Source of the DNA: Candidatus Poribacteria bacterium
GTDB taxonomy: Bacteria; Poribacteria; WGA-4E; PCPOR2b
Direction: 5' to 3'
NCBI GenBank assembly: GCA_965218095.1
Contig: OZ244587.1
Coordinates: forward strand, 1,824,001-1,888,000
Length of the DNA stretch: 64,000 nucleotides
The notes beneath the pieces are model-generated. The model saw nothing but the letters and a program-made list of their open reading frames with translations. It searched no databases and had not been told where the DNA came from. The stretch's first letter is position 1. Each line of letters starts with the position of its first letter. A program made the position numbers and the translations under genes. Of this stretch, positions 20,708-31,034 are shown piece after piece.

Positions 20708-20851
20708 GATTTTCCTCCTTATTTCTCAGTGTGCAATTCTGGAAGCAAAGCACCATACCCCAAAATTCTTTGCTGATTATACATCAGATTAAATGAAAAG
20801 TACAGAAGATTATTTGTACAGACTCACACAAATATAAAAGGACCTTTTTTC

Positions 20852-20880
20852 TTGACACCTGATATGCCTGCTAGTATACT
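20852..20880 (+). promoter_or_regulatory. Sigma70-type promoter
   Basis: TTGACA-N17-TATACT upstream of ATG 20929. Confidence 0.75.
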
Positions 20881-20928
20881 ACCAAATAGTTTCGTCGGGC
20901 TGAATTCTTTATATCAACGGGAGGCTTC

Positions 20929-21642
20929 ATGAAAAGTGTCAAACAGTTTATCTTTTGCGGGATGTTCCTGCTGATTGCAATGAACGCCGCCTTTGCACAT
21001 ATCGTGGATCCAGATACAGGTCTTGACCTCCGTTATAAAGCTGAGTTAGCGGAGGTCGCGCCCGTGGTTGATGGGTTCCTTGACGATCCGGTGTGGACGG
21101 GGGCTATAGAAGGCAAGCTGGACCTGGAAATTAGAGAAGGCAAACGCTGGCGCGAGTCGGATGACTTCACAGGGAGTTTTGCTGCGGTGTGGCGTAGTGG
21201 ATCGCTCTACTTAGCCGTTCAATTGACTGATGACCAAGTTGAAACGCATGCCGAAAAATTCTCTCTTCGAGATCATCTGGAGTTCTATTTCGACATAGAT
21301 CATACAGGACACAAAAGCGATCCTTATCGCTACATTCTCCCGATCGGGGAAGACGCTACACTGTCTAACTCGCCGGGCATGTTTATTGCCTGGGGAAATG
21401 ATGGGCAATTTTGTGAGTTAAGCTTGAACTTAGAGCGTACGCCGAACAAAGAAGATGTCATCGGTTTCGGTATTTACTATAATGATGTTGATGAGGGGAG
21501 CCTGAACCATAGATTTGGCTGGGGACCGACCGGACATACTGAATCAGAAAACTCTCTTGCGGATTTGGTATTCACGGCGAAGCTAAGGCGAAATGTAAAC
21601 CAAAAAGCGATGCAATGGGGGCGTATCAAAAAGCTGTATTAA
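20929..21642 (+). CDS. Secreted CBM9-like sugar-binding domain protein with C-terminal WGxIK motif
   Basis: Signal peptide; PVVDGFLDDPVW, LYLAVQLTDD, DHLEFYFD, GFGIYYNDVD; ends KAMQWGRIKKLY. Confidence 0.75.
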   Translation: MKSVKQFIFCGMFLLIAMNAAFAHIVDPDTGLDLRYKAELAEVAPVVDGFLDDPVWTGAIEGKLDLEIREGKRWRESDDFTGSFAAVWRSGSLYLAVQLTDDQVETHAEKFSLRDHLEFYFDIDHTGHKSDPYRYILPIGEDATLSNSPGMFIAWGNDGQFCELSLNLERTPNKEDVIGFGIYYNDVDEGSLNHRFGWGPTGHTESENSLADLVFTAKLRRNVNQKAMQWGRIKKLY

Positions 21643-21746
21643 CTATCGCGTAAATGGTATTTGTTCCGCAACTTCAGAAGGCAAGTCGCTCACTCATCTC
21701 ACAAGGAAAATCGTCTGCAATTTCAAGCCAAATCCGGGGAAGAAAT

Positions 21747-21926
21747 GTGTTTATCATTGGCAAAACATTAGAACTGATAGGGATGGCGTTTCTGGGAGCG
21801 GGTTTATATATTGGATGCGTTAACCCCTACGGATTGAGTGAAGGCGGTGCAATGGGCGCAGAGATAGGTTCACTTGTCGCAGGTATCTTGATCTTCTTTA
21901 TAGGCAGAGTGATGGAGAAACACTAA
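21747..21926 (+). CDS. Small membrane protein with two TM segments
   Basis: GTG start after GGGGA; two hydrophobic helices. Confidence 0.6.
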   Translation: MFIIGKTLELIGMAFLGAGLYIGCVNPYGLSEGGAMGAEIGSLVAGILIFFIGRVMEKH

Positions 21927-22041
21927 TCGTAACTTGCGTAACAAATCATGATTGCCCTGCTTGGGGTAATTGGATGGCAGTTGGAAGCGCCGGAAGAAAA
22001 ATGGTGAATAACACAGCCAATTTCATTCAACACAAGCACTG

Positions 22042-22073
22042 AAGCATCGAGAGTTTGCTCTCGATGCTTTTTT
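22042..22073 (+). terminator. Rho-independent terminator
   Basis: AAGCATCGAGAG-TTTG-CTCTCGATGCTT perfect 12-bp stem followed by a T-tract. Confidence 0.85.
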
Positions 22074-22088
22074 AATGTCCACATCATT

Positions 22089-22230
22089 TAGAGCGTTCGC
22101 TCAATTTATCGCAGTGTGTAGCAACGTTTTAGCAGGATCATGTATGATTATCTCACATTTACATCAACTATTCAATGAAGAAACGTGTCAAGCATACTTT
22201 CATACGTTGTGCTGGAAGGATCGCTCCTTA
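22089..22230 (+). mobile_element. IS1595-family transposase 5' remnant
   Basis: MIISHLHQLFNEETCQAYFHTLCWKDR from ATG 22144, truncated before the Zn ribbon. Confidence 0.6.
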
Positions 22231-22314
22231 CTGAAAGGTACAGAGTCATTCTAAAATGATAAATTGGGGAGAAATTCCCAATGCACCACTATCTACGCCA
22301 GAAAGGACCGGTGA

Positions 22315-22648
22315 TGTGTCCTGAAATGGGTTTTGTTAACGCTGACGCTGTTTGTGTTCAGGTGTCGTAACGATGATGAAGCACCCAAAACCCAAGTCAG
22401 CCGCAATTTGTTCTGAGTCCGTCAGATGATGGTTTTCTCACAAACGCATACGTCAAAGTCGATGCGAGTCAATTTGGTCAAACCCATGGTGAGGTTGAAG
22501 TTCAAGTGGATTGGGGCGATGGATAGCAAACCTCCTTGAAGGTGGAATTTACCTGTCGTCGGGATTTGGCAATCTCGTCCACTTTGACGACTTTGAAGTT
22601 CGATACGATTCGGCAGTACGATAACCTGCTGGCAAATCTGGGCTAATT
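22315..22648 (+). pseudogene. Degraded putative lipoprotein with PKD-like segment
   Basis: LKWVLLTLTLFVFRC then frameshifted ...VEVQVDWGDG*. Confidence 0.35.
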
Positions 22649-22685
22649 TTTCGAATCGGTGATTTGGTATACGAGGAGAAACAAC

Positions 22686-23285
22686 ATGGAAGAAACTCAC
22701 GAAGCGAACGCGTTAATCGAGCAATTGGAATATGGGGATGATGAGGAACGTATGGCGGCAGTTTCAGCATTGACTGAAATTGGTGAACTGGCAATCCCGG
22801 CATTGATTGAAGCGTTAGGAAGTCTGGTTTGGGATGCTTGCGATGGTGCCGCTGAAGCATTAGCTGAGATTGGTGAGCCGGCTGTCCCGGTACTGATAGA
22901 AGCGTTAGGGGACGAGCGACATATCAGCATCAACGCCGCCGATGCGTTAGCCCGGATGGGCGAGCCGGCTGTCCCGGCATTGATTGGGGCATCGCGTGAT
23001 ACATATCAATCCGTTCGCGAACACGCGATTCGTGCATTGGGTGACATCGGTGAACCGGCGAAAACAGCAGTTCCGGAATTGATTCAAGCATTGCGCGACG
23101 GAGATCAGGATATTCGCGCCAATGCCGCCATTGCCCTAGCAAACATTGGTGCGCCTGCTAGGGACGCTGTCCCGGCATTGATTGATGCACTGCGTGATGA
23201 ATCCGAACGGGTTTGTGAATATTCGGCTTTTGCACTACAAAGGATCGGCACGCCAGCAGCCAAAAAAGCATTGAATGCGCTGTGA
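22686..23285 (+). CDS. HEAT/PBS-lyase repeat protein
   Basis: Repeated ALxEIGEPAVPALIEAL units; GAGGAG RBS. Confidence 0.9.
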   Translation: MEETHEANALIEQLEYGDDEERMAAVSALTEIGELAIPALIEALGSLVWDACDGAAEALAEIGEPAVPVLIEALGDERHISINAADALARMGEPAVPALIGASRDTYQSVREHAIRALGDIGEPAKTAVPELIQALRDGDQDIRANAAIALANIGAPARDAVPALIDALRDESERVCEYSAFALQRIGTPAAKKALNAL

Positions 23286-23319
23286 CTCCCACATCTCACG
23301 CTAGCAAAAGGAGTCGTGG

Positions 23320-23721
23320 ACGATAAGCCAAATCGAACTTCGCACCCATCGCCAGACTGAGTTTATTCCCATCACCGACCAAATCCAAAAGGTGGTAAGG
23401 GATAGTAGTATTGAAAACGGTGTCTGCTGCATTTATGTTCCCCATACGACCGCAGCCGTTACCATTAACGAGAATGCCGATCCAATGGTCGCCCACGACA
23501 TCCTGCGCGTTGTGAACCGAATCGCCCCATTCAGAGACGACGGGTATCGCCATATCGAAGCAAATTCTGCGGCGCATGTCAAAGCTTGTTTGTTTGGGAC
23601 TTCTGAAACCATTTTGATCCAGAATCGTCGCCTGGCTCTTGGCAGATGGCAAGGCATCTTTTTCTGCGAATTTGATGGTCCCAGGGGTCGGCAGATCTAT
23701 TTGAAAAGAATTGAAGGGTAA
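23320..23721 (+). CDS. yjbQ: YjbQ (UPF0047) family protein; start codon appears to be ACG
   Basis: PHTTAAVTINENADP, AAHVKA, LGRWQGIFFCEFDGPR; RBS AGGAG followed by in-frame ACG at 23320. Confidence 0.85.
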   Translation, partial: TISQIELRTHRQTEFIPITDQIQKVVRDSSIENGVCCIYVPHTTAAVTINENADPMVAHDILRVVNRIAPFRDDGYRHIEANSAAHVKACLFGTSETILIQNRRLALGRWQGIFFCEFDGPRGRQIYLKRIEG

Positions 23722-23774
23722 CCGACTGCGAGTTTATATAAATCGCTGTTGGTCTGTCAATCTTGAATTGATGG

Positions 23775-23833
23775 ATGGGAGGGCGAGGCTCCCGCCGAGC
23801 CAAATCAGTTTGGTAGGAATCTCACCCTCCCAT
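23775..23833. repeat. REP-like inverted doublet
   Basis: ATGGGAGGGCGAGGCTCCCGCCGAGC ... GTTTGGTAGGAATCTCACCCTCCCAT imperfect inverted pair. Confidence 0.7.
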
Positions 23834-24244
23834 GTCAACCTGACTCAATTGAAACAACCTATCCATCAAACTAAACTTGATGAAACACTCTGTGTTTCCC
23901 CCGCTTTATCATATTTCCTTGGATTCTATTTCTCAGGGAAAATCATCCAATACGGTGACGATTCTGAATTGATTAAGCCGGATTATGAAGTCCGTCATCT
24001 TTACGATTGGCAACGCTTCAAGAATAAGTTCAAGTGGCCTGTCAAATTAGAACACACTGTCACTATCAACGGTATTGATTTCGTGCATATATACAAAGTT
24101 GTTACGAAAGAGTAAGAGGTGCGGACACCATAAGAATGGGATCCTTCTCTAAAAAGATGAGATTTGTCGAATAAGGCACGGATGGAAATTGGCAATCGCT
24201 GTAATCTCTGTGCATTCACATTCCGGCAGAAGTACGGATGACGA

Positions 24245-25243
24245 CTATTGATAGTCCTTCTCCAATCTCGCCAACGGTGTCCACACAATGAACACACCCG
24301 CTCCCCCAGGTTGGTCCGGATCTAGATCGTAAAAGACCGTGCCAAGCGTCTCAGCATCGATCTGCACCGTGCGTGGCCAACCACGCCCGGCAATCCGCCG
24401 GCCCGGGTTGTAAACTTCAAAAGCATCGTCGAAGTTCCAGGTCTTGCCATCATCACGCGATAGCACCAATTCGTAACTAAATTCCCCATCGACTCCGACG
24501 CCGTAGACGATGTATGTCAACACAATCCAGCCGTTGATCAACACCGTGAGGTCGTACCCGGCGACACCGAAGTGTGGGAAAACGCCCAACGCACCCCAGG
24601 TGCTGCCGTCGTCCGTAGAACGAAGCCCGCTGACCATGTTCCCCGGCACACCGACGGGCACGGGTGCATTGGCTTGCGGCGCGCCGCTGATTAGCGTTCC
24701 TTTGGAGGTGCGAACGATCGGTACCATGCCGTGGTTGCAGCCATCGCCAAAAGGCGTGACGGATTCGGTCTGCATATTGTAAAGAACTGTGCGGTCATAG
24801 AAAGGACACACCCACTCATCTGTTGACCATTCGGCCACCGCGTGGCGCATGCAGGTATAATTGGTGTGATCGGTAATCGGATAATCCTGCGGTGTTGACC
24901 AAGTTTCGCCTTCATTCGTGCTAATCGAAAATTGTGGCTCCCGCCATAGTCTCTCTGCTGCTTTGCAGTAACAGGACCAGTTGAGTAATATCCGTCCGTC
25001 GCTCAACGTCGTCAGGGAGCCCGGATAGATCGAGCAGTCGCGGATAACGGGAATCGGCACCGGGTTGCTCCATGTCGCGCCGGCATCGCTGGAGCGGCTC
25101 AACAGGAGTTCTTTGCCACCGCTGCCTTCTTTATTGTAGACGACGAGTGTTGCACCACTGAGGGTGACACAGACAGCCGGATGGACGTGTCCGCCGATGA
25201 CATCGGCGATGCGTATCGGTTCAGCGGTACTATTTTTGATCAT
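24245..25243 (-). CDS. Sialidase-like BNR/Asp-box beta-propeller protein
   Basis: Four Asp-boxes: SSDAGATW, STNEGETW, STDDGSTW, SRDDGKTW. Confidence 0.85.
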   Translation of the reverse strand: MIKNSTAEPIRIADVIGGHVHPAVCVTLSGATLVVYNKEGSGGKELLLSRSSDAGATWSNPVPIPVIRDCSIYPGSLTTLSDGRILLNWSCYCKAAERLWREPQFSISTNEGETWSTPQDYPITDHTNYTCMRHAVAEWSTDEWVCPFYDRTVLYNMQTESVTPFGDGCNHGMVPIVRTSKGTLISGAPQANAPVPVGVPGNMVSGLRSTDDGSTWGALGVFPHFGVAGYDLTVLINGWIVLTYIVYGVGVDGEFSYELVLSRDDGKTWNFDDAFEVYNPGRRIAGRGWPRTVQIDAETLGTVFYDLDPDQPGGAGVFIVWTPLARLEKDYQ

Positions 25244-25821
25244 CGTTCATCATACCTCATCATTGTAATTTGACTTTGGTAAATTGGCCCCCCGGCCCCC
25301 AATCCCTTACCTTTTACCCACAAGTTTTCAACGCCCCCGTTGCACGGGATCTCGCTTCGCTAGAGACTTGTGGGACACAGCTTCTGGCGATTCCTGAAGG
25401 CAAAAGGGGAAAATGGAAACCCGCTCCCATGCTCCCTCCGATTTCTGGGGGAGTTGGTTGGGGGTATAGTGCCAAATATATGACCAACAACCAACATCAG
25501 CAGGATTTCTATTGCTTGGTCGCAGTTTTGGCGAAAGTTATCAGTTATCGTAGAGAAGCCAGCGATAAAATCAAAGCAATTCTTTCAAATCCAGGAGCAT
25601 TTTCATCCAAGTATAAGGCTCTATCCCCGAGGTGTCAAGCATTTTTCATATTTGGAAACGTCAGTTTTATCTCTTTGGTCTTTGCAATTGTAGTGTAATA
25701 GTATGGGATAGCACAAGAAAAGACTGGCAAGGCGCAAATGTAAAATTTACCAAGATTTCCCAGATGAATCCTTAAAATTTGGGATAACTCATGTCTCGTT
25801 ACCAATTTAATTCCTTTTCTC

Positions 25822-25850
25822 TCGACTGTATCGATCCATCGTGATATAAT
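25822..25850 (+). promoter_or_regulatory. Sigma70-type promoter for the VOC/ARH genes
   Basis: TCGACT-N17-TATAAT with TG extension. Confidence 0.55.
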
Positions 25851-25938
25851 CTCTGTATTGCTTGACGACGAGCGAAAGGGTACTGGTTCATGTCGATTAA
25901 AATCGTCAAAAACTCTCCAAAGGAGGATACAAGTTACC

Positions 25939-26358
25939 ATGCTGAAACTGAACCATCCCATTGTTGACATTGCCATCACGTGCAGTAACTTCGAGGAGTC
26001 ACTTCACTTCTACCACGAATGCTTAGGGCTAGAGATTGTCCTAGACATCCAGATTCCTGAAGACGTGGCAAAAGGCGCCGGACTGGCACCGCGGGGATTT
26101 CACCAGGTCCGGCTGAAAGCCGGGGACACGCTGATTAAGCTGATGGACATCGAATCACCACCCCCAATGCCCTCCCGCGACTTCGCGGCTGGCGTGCGAT
26201 GGCTGACCTTTTTCGTCGAGGACGTGTGGGGAACCGTAGCGGAACTCAAGCAGAAGGGCGTGGAATTCCTGTCCGACCCTGTCGGGGCGCCGGATGCTGG
26301 AGGTGTGGTGTGCGCCAGAGATCCGGACGGTATCCTGATTGAGCTTGTGCAGAGATGA
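25939..26358 (+). CDS. VOC/glyoxalase family protein
   Basis: SLHFYHECLGL...RDPDGILIELVQ; AGGAGG RBS. Confidence 0.88.
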   Translation: MLKLNHPIVDIAITCSNFEESLHFYHECLGLEIVLDIQIPEDVAKGAGLAPRGFHQVRLKAGDTLIKLMDIESPPPMPSRDFAAGVRWLTFFVEDVWGTVAELKQKGVEFLSDPVGAPDAGGVVCARDPDGILIELVQR

Positions 26359-26373
26359 AGGGAAACACTGAAA

Positions 26374-27147
26374 ATGATAGGCGCAATCGCTGGAGACATT
26401 ATCGGTTCCGTTTATGAGGCATATAATATCAAGACAGCGGATTTCCCCCTCTTTAGCCCGCATTGTCGTTTTACCGATGATACGGTGCTTACCGTGGCTT
26501 TAGCGGATAGCATACTTTACGGTTCGAGTTATGTGGAGAGGTTAAAAGAGTACTTTTGGTGTTATCCGTATGCGGGCTATGGTGAAACATTCAGTATGTG
26601 GGCGACGTCGGAGAGTTGGGAACCGTACAACAGTTGGGGAAATGGTTCAGCGATGCGGGCCAGCCCGGTTGGTTTTGTCTGCGATACTTTGGAAGAAGTG
26701 CTAGAACGTGCCAAAGAAAGCGCCGAAGTCACGCATAATCACGCGGAGGGCATAAAAGTCGCCCAGGCGACAGCTTCAGCGATCTTCTTTGCAAAATCCG
26801 GACAAAGCAAGGCGGAAATAAAAGCGTATATTGAGGAAACCTTCCAATACGATCTGAGGAAATCCCTCGACGAAATTCGGCCGTACTATCGATTCGACAT
26901 TTCTTGTCAAGGCTCAGTCCCCCAGGCAATCACTGCTTTTCTTGAGTCGCACGATTATGAGGACGCTGTGCGGAAAGCAATTTCGATTGGCAGGGATAGC
27001 GATACGATTGCGTGTATCACCGGCGGAATCGCTCAAGCGTTTTATCAAGGTGTGCCAGATTGGATCAAAACGAAGGTTTTTGAAATACTCGATGAGAGAC
27101 TAAAGCAGGTGACCTATGCGTTTACGGAAAGGTATTCGTGTGGTTGA
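26374..27147 (+). CDS. ADP-ribosylglycohydrolase family protein
   Basis: GAIAGDIIG, FTDDT, GNGSAMR, THNH, DSDTIA. Confidence 0.92.
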   Translation: MIGAIAGDIIGSVYEAYNIKTADFPLFSPHCRFTDDTVLTVALADSILYGSSYVERLKEYFWCYPYAGYGETFSMWATSESWEPYNSWGNGSAMRASPVGFVCDTLEEVLERAKESAEVTHNHAEGIKVAQATASAIFFAKSGQSKAEIKAYIEETFQYDLRKSLDEIRPYYRFDISCQGSVPQAITAFLESHDYEDAVRKAISIGRDSDTIACITGGIAQAFYQGVPDWIKTKVFEILDERLKQVTYAFTERYSCG

Positions 27148-27183
27148 GTCATGCAAAACCTGTTGATTAAGGAGGGCTCTTAG

Positions 27184-27336
27184 TTTGACTTTGTTACATT
27201 CGCCCCACGACCCCCAATTCCCCGATGGATCGGGGCAGGCTTCAGGAGTTTTTGCGATTCTCCCCAGCATCGGGGGGCCGGGGGGCAAGCCACCAGTGGA
27301 TCTGCCGATGAGTTCTTTTAATCTAACAAAGTCAAG
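27184..27336. mobile_element. MITE with about 13-bp TIRs and TTAG target duplication
   Basis: TTTGACTTTGTTA ... TAACAAAGTCAAG flanked on both sides by TTAG; related ends at 14327 and 25269. Confidence 0.7.
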
Positions 27337-27465
27337 TTAGATGCCTGAGGAGAATACGGAAGTCCACCACACAAATGCCGATGAACATAGGCAAGCAATT
27401 ACGGGCGCCTATGTTCGCAGTGGAGGCGAAGTCCCGATAGTCGATGATTGAGGAGGGATTAGACG

Positions 27466-27966
27466 GTGAAACCGGTAAGAATGATTCTTCTGTTATGCTT
27501 GACTTTTATTCCTTCGCTGGGGTGTGGAAAGGCGTATCAATCTATTACTGCCGATAATCTGGGGATGCAATTGAATGGTTACGAAGGACAACGCATATCA
27601 ATTGTTGGCATTCCCGAAACGCCGCAACGTCATGATTTCTTGCCACCAACCCCGCTACGTGATGGACAATGGACGCTTATTGTCAACAGCGTCAGATGTA
27701 CAGAGACAATCAATTTTGAAAATGAACCCCGCCTCAGATCCATGCTTCAGATAGCAGCGGCTGCCCGACGGGCAAATCGTCCAATCAAAGTTTCAGGAGT
27801 GGTTAAGGCGGGGCAGTTAGAGATGGAGTATTTTGAATGGATTCGCACGGATACGGCATGGTATAAAAATAAGAATCCGTACTATTCCTACGGCGAGTAT
27901 TATGAATGGTATCCCTTCGCTTATCGCCCGAATTCTCGAGTCCTCAGGGCTTTGGGACCGAGATAG
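27466..27966 (+). CDS. Hypothetical lipoprotein
   Basis: GAGGAGG RBS, GTG start, hydrophobic leader ending SLGC. Confidence 0.65.
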   Translation: MKPVRMILLLCLTFIPSLGCGKAYQSITADNLGMQLNGYEGQRISIVGIPETPQRHDFLPPTPLRDGQWTLIVNSVRCTETINFENEPRLRSMLQIAAAARRANRPIKVSGVVKAGQLEMEYFEWIRTDTAWYKNKNPYYSYGEYYEWYPFAYRPNSRVLRALGPR

Positions 27967-28129
27967 TCCCTATCCGGTGAACTGTTTCCTCGGTGGCATT
28001 GTCAGTCTGGAAGGCGGCTACTACGAAAAATAAACCTTTTGCCCTGCCAACCCGCCTCAACGCCCCAGATTCTGGCAGAAATTCGGTGTCAAATTGGGCA
28101 CCGCTGTCAAAAGTGGATCTTTCAAAAGG

Positions 28130-29373
28130 TCAGGCAAATAACTTTCTCAGTTCATCCGTATTTCCTCTTACCTTTCGAATGGCTTCGATAATCAAATCCA
28201 TGTCCTCTTTTTCACCGAGGAAATATCGATGGCTGATGGATAGGGCTTCGGTTTGGTGAATGCGTTCCGCTTCGGGGCAGTGACCGTTTGTGTAGTCAAC
28301 CCGCTGTGGCAACTTTATCGGGCAAGTATCGAGCGATTGGAACAGTGGATTGTGATAAATTGGTGAGCCGTGACCACCCACCGCGATGGGGCACCTTCCG
28401 CATTGACCGCTTCAAGGAATAGGTGTCTTGGAATGCCATCAAATTCTACTTGCCTGTATCTGAAGTTCCAATAATAGATGCCCCAACGGGTCACACGCGG
28501 GTCCCTCTCAAAAGGTTCGATGCCATCAATCTCCTTTAACCGCTCCCCCAAATAAGTGAAATTCTTTTCACGTCTGTCAATTTGCTTATCAAGCCGCCCA
28601 AGCTGTGTGAGTAGAATGGCTGCCGTCCACTCCGGCATCCGAAAGTTGGAAGTTGTTGCCAAACGTTTTGACTTGTCCTTTCGTTCCGTCCACCGTCCCA
28701 AGTCCATGTAGGCGTACAATCTCTCCCGGAGTTGGATCGCATTTGTCAGCACGATTCCACCTTCCCCACCCGCAAGCGACTTCCCCGCCATAAGGCTGAA
28801 CGCTCCCAAATGCCCGATTGTACCAACGCGACTTCCTTTCCACTCCGAACCGTGTGCGTGAGAACAATCTTCGATAATCGTCAAATTCTGCTTTTGGGAA
28901 ACTCCCATGATGGTGTCCATTTCTGCCGGATAGCCGCCGTTATGTACAACCACAGCCGCACGAGTCTTGTCGGTGATGGCCGCTTCCATCGCTTTTGGGC
29001 TGATATTGTAATTGGATGGGTCAACATCGACAAACACCGGAACCGCATGAATGAACAAGGCGCACGTCGCCGAAGCGAAGAAACTGAGCGCGGGGACAAG
29101 GACTTCATCGCCCGGCTCCACCCCAGCAGCCATCAATGCACAGATGAGAGCCTGTGTGCCAGAAGTTGTTGTGACGCCATACTTGGCGTGTTGATAGGCG
29201 GAAAAGGTGTCTTCAAACTCTTGGACCTTTGAGTCTTCTCCACCACCGCACCAGTGTTCGCTGTGAAGCACTTCGCGCAAAGCATGCTCCTCGCGCTCGT
29301 CCCAGATGGGCCACGCTTTGCCCAAGGGACGCTGGATGACTCGCTCTCCGCCTGAAATTGCTAATTTTACCAT
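28130..29373 (-). pseudogene. DegT/DnrJ/EryC1/StrS PLP aminotransferase, frameshifted near 28385
   Basis: SGTQAL, IIEDCSHAHG, FSLMAGKSLAGGEGG; the C-terminus continues in another frame (CPEAERI...IIEAIRKV). Confidence 0.85.
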
Positions 29374-29577
29374 GTTTGATTCCCCTTAAATTTTAAGCAC
29401 TCCGTTGTTGGCAGGTCTAACAAAAATATAGTCCCTATCGATTGCTTTTGCCAAAAAAATCGACATTGTTACTCATCACTTCTCACTCCCCACGCCGGAC
29501 ACCAGACAACGGATGCAGCGTTGGCCGACTTTCTCAAGGGTTTAGTGATAGTACACCATCCCGTTCCTCCTTCATCT

Positions 29578-30435
29578 TTATCCTCCTTCAAAACTAGTAA
29601 TCAAGTCCTTGCAGTATTTCATCGCAATCGGCAACAGTTCCGCTTCGCTAGGCGGCCCTAAATGTTCAGGTTGCACCACGCCCCGGTAGCCGATGTCGCA
29701 TAACCCCCGCATCACCTGCTTGATCTTCGCTATTCCCTTTCCCGGAAATACCTCCAACGCATAGGCGTCTCGTTCAAATTCTTCGCGCTTGACGTTTTTC
29801 ACGCTTTTCCAATCCCCTGTCACGTCCCGGATATGCACCATGTGTATCCGCTCTTTGAACGCTTCTAGCCCCTCCAATGGGTCATCGCCGCAGATAGCCA
29901 TGATGCCCGGGTCATAGCAGATACCGTTGTGAATATCTGGAAGTTCCGCAAAAGAACGTGCGAAGAAAGCGTTCCCGTCCACCAGTCCTATCGGCGGAAA
30001 GAAGCCATGCATGGCGATGTTGACATCTGCTTCCCCCGCCGCCTCAATGACATACCGGTAATGATCGACGAAAAACGGCCACAGGGCTTCTCTATCCGAA
30101 TTCGCTTCGACCCGCTCTAGCATAAACAGCAGCAACGTTGGAACGCCTGCTTTTCTCATCGCGTGGATAGTCTTGACCCTGTTGTGGAGGTCCTCGTTAT
30201 CCTGCGGGGTTCTACCGATGACCGGTATGGGTCTCTCCACCAACACGGAACACGAAATCCCGCCTTTGTCGAGGATTTCCAGGGTTTCTGAGATGGCGTC
30301 TGGCTCCAGATATCCCTTCTCATCGCAGTCGGGAATTTGACTGCATTCCATAATCGCCGTGTCAACGCCCAATCTGTGGCAATATTCAATGGAATCTTGG
30401 GCGCTTCTAAACGGTCTTGCTCCTACCTTCATCAT
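29578..30435 (-). CDS. Sugar phosphate isomerase/epimerase (xylose isomerase-like TIM barrel)
   Basis: AAGGAGG RBS; NGICYDPG, IHMVHIRD, PGKG, GYRGVVQPEH. Confidence 0.8.
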   Translation of the reverse strand: MMKVGARPFRSAQDSIEYCHRLGVDTAIMECSQIPDCDEKGYLEPDAISETLEILDKGGISCSVLVERPIPVIGRTPQDNEDLHNRVKTIHAMRKAGVPTLLLFMLERVEANSDREALWPFFVDHYRYVIEAAGEADVNIAMHGFFPPIGLVDGNAFFARSFAELPDIHNGICYDPGIMAICGDDPLEGLEAFKERIHMVHIRDVTGDWKSVKNVKREEFERDAYALEVFPGKGIAKIKQVMRGLCDIGYRGVVQPEHLGPPSEAELLPIAMKYCKDLITSFEGG

Positions 30436-30772
30436 CTGCCTCCTTCGAGCGGAAACCTTGGATTCGCGCTTCGGTAGTCTGTTCCTCCTTGGGCATAATG
30501 TCAATTTGCACATCAGCATCCAGTGTTTCTGCACTCTTTTTCAAGGTACTGAGGGTACATTTCCCGTGATTTTCTAATCGACTGATTACAGGCGCACTGG
30601 TATTCATCTTTGCGGCTAACTGCGTTTGCGTCAGTCCACGACGCTTCCTCAATTGTGCGATTTTGACGGCAAGTCGCAGTTTATCAAGGCCCTCGTAGAA
30701 TGATTCTACCACTTCTGGGTCTTTCAACTGCTCTTCAAGAAACATCTGGGCATTGTTTTTGTTGTCTGTCAT
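30407..30772 (-). CDS. XRE-family HTH protein, HigA-like antitoxin
   Basis: IAQLRKRRGLTQTQLAAKMNTSAPVISRLE. Confidence 0.85.
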   Translation of the reverse strand: MTDNKNNAQMFLEEQLKDPEVVESFYEGLDKLRLAVKIAQLRKRRGLTQTQLAAKMNTSAPVISRLENHGKCTLSTLKKSAETLDADVQIDIMPKEEQTTEARIQGFRSKEADDEGRSKTV

Positions 30773-30775
30773 GTT

Positions 30776-30890
30776 CTAACCCTCTTTCTGCTGTTGGTCA
30801 TCTTTCATTCGTTCCATCGCAATTCGGATTTCTCTTTTCGGAAGTTTCTGGCTTCGTTTTTGGAATGCGTGCAATGCGAAGGTTCCAAAT
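30776..30890 (-). pseudogene. C-terminal remnant of RelE/HigB (Gp49-like) toxin
   Basis: LHAFQKRSQKLPKREIRIAMERMK immediately upstream of the HTH gene; N-terminus missing. Confidence 0.7.
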
Positions 30891-31034
30891 CTCTGCAAGG
30901 TTGGCTCCGCTGGTCCACACATTTCGGGGCGATATGCTTCTACTGCCTTGTCACACGCAAATTGACAGAATCGTAGTGACGAGTTTATTTGTTCTATAAG
31001 CAACTGAAGTCGTCACTACAAAATTCACAGCGTA

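Noticed and set aside
25270-25698. 142-aa ORF, and similar ORFs at 23711-24115, 37118-37522 and 51198-51716
   Set aside because: They run through repeats and stitched gene fragments and have no RBS or coherent domain.
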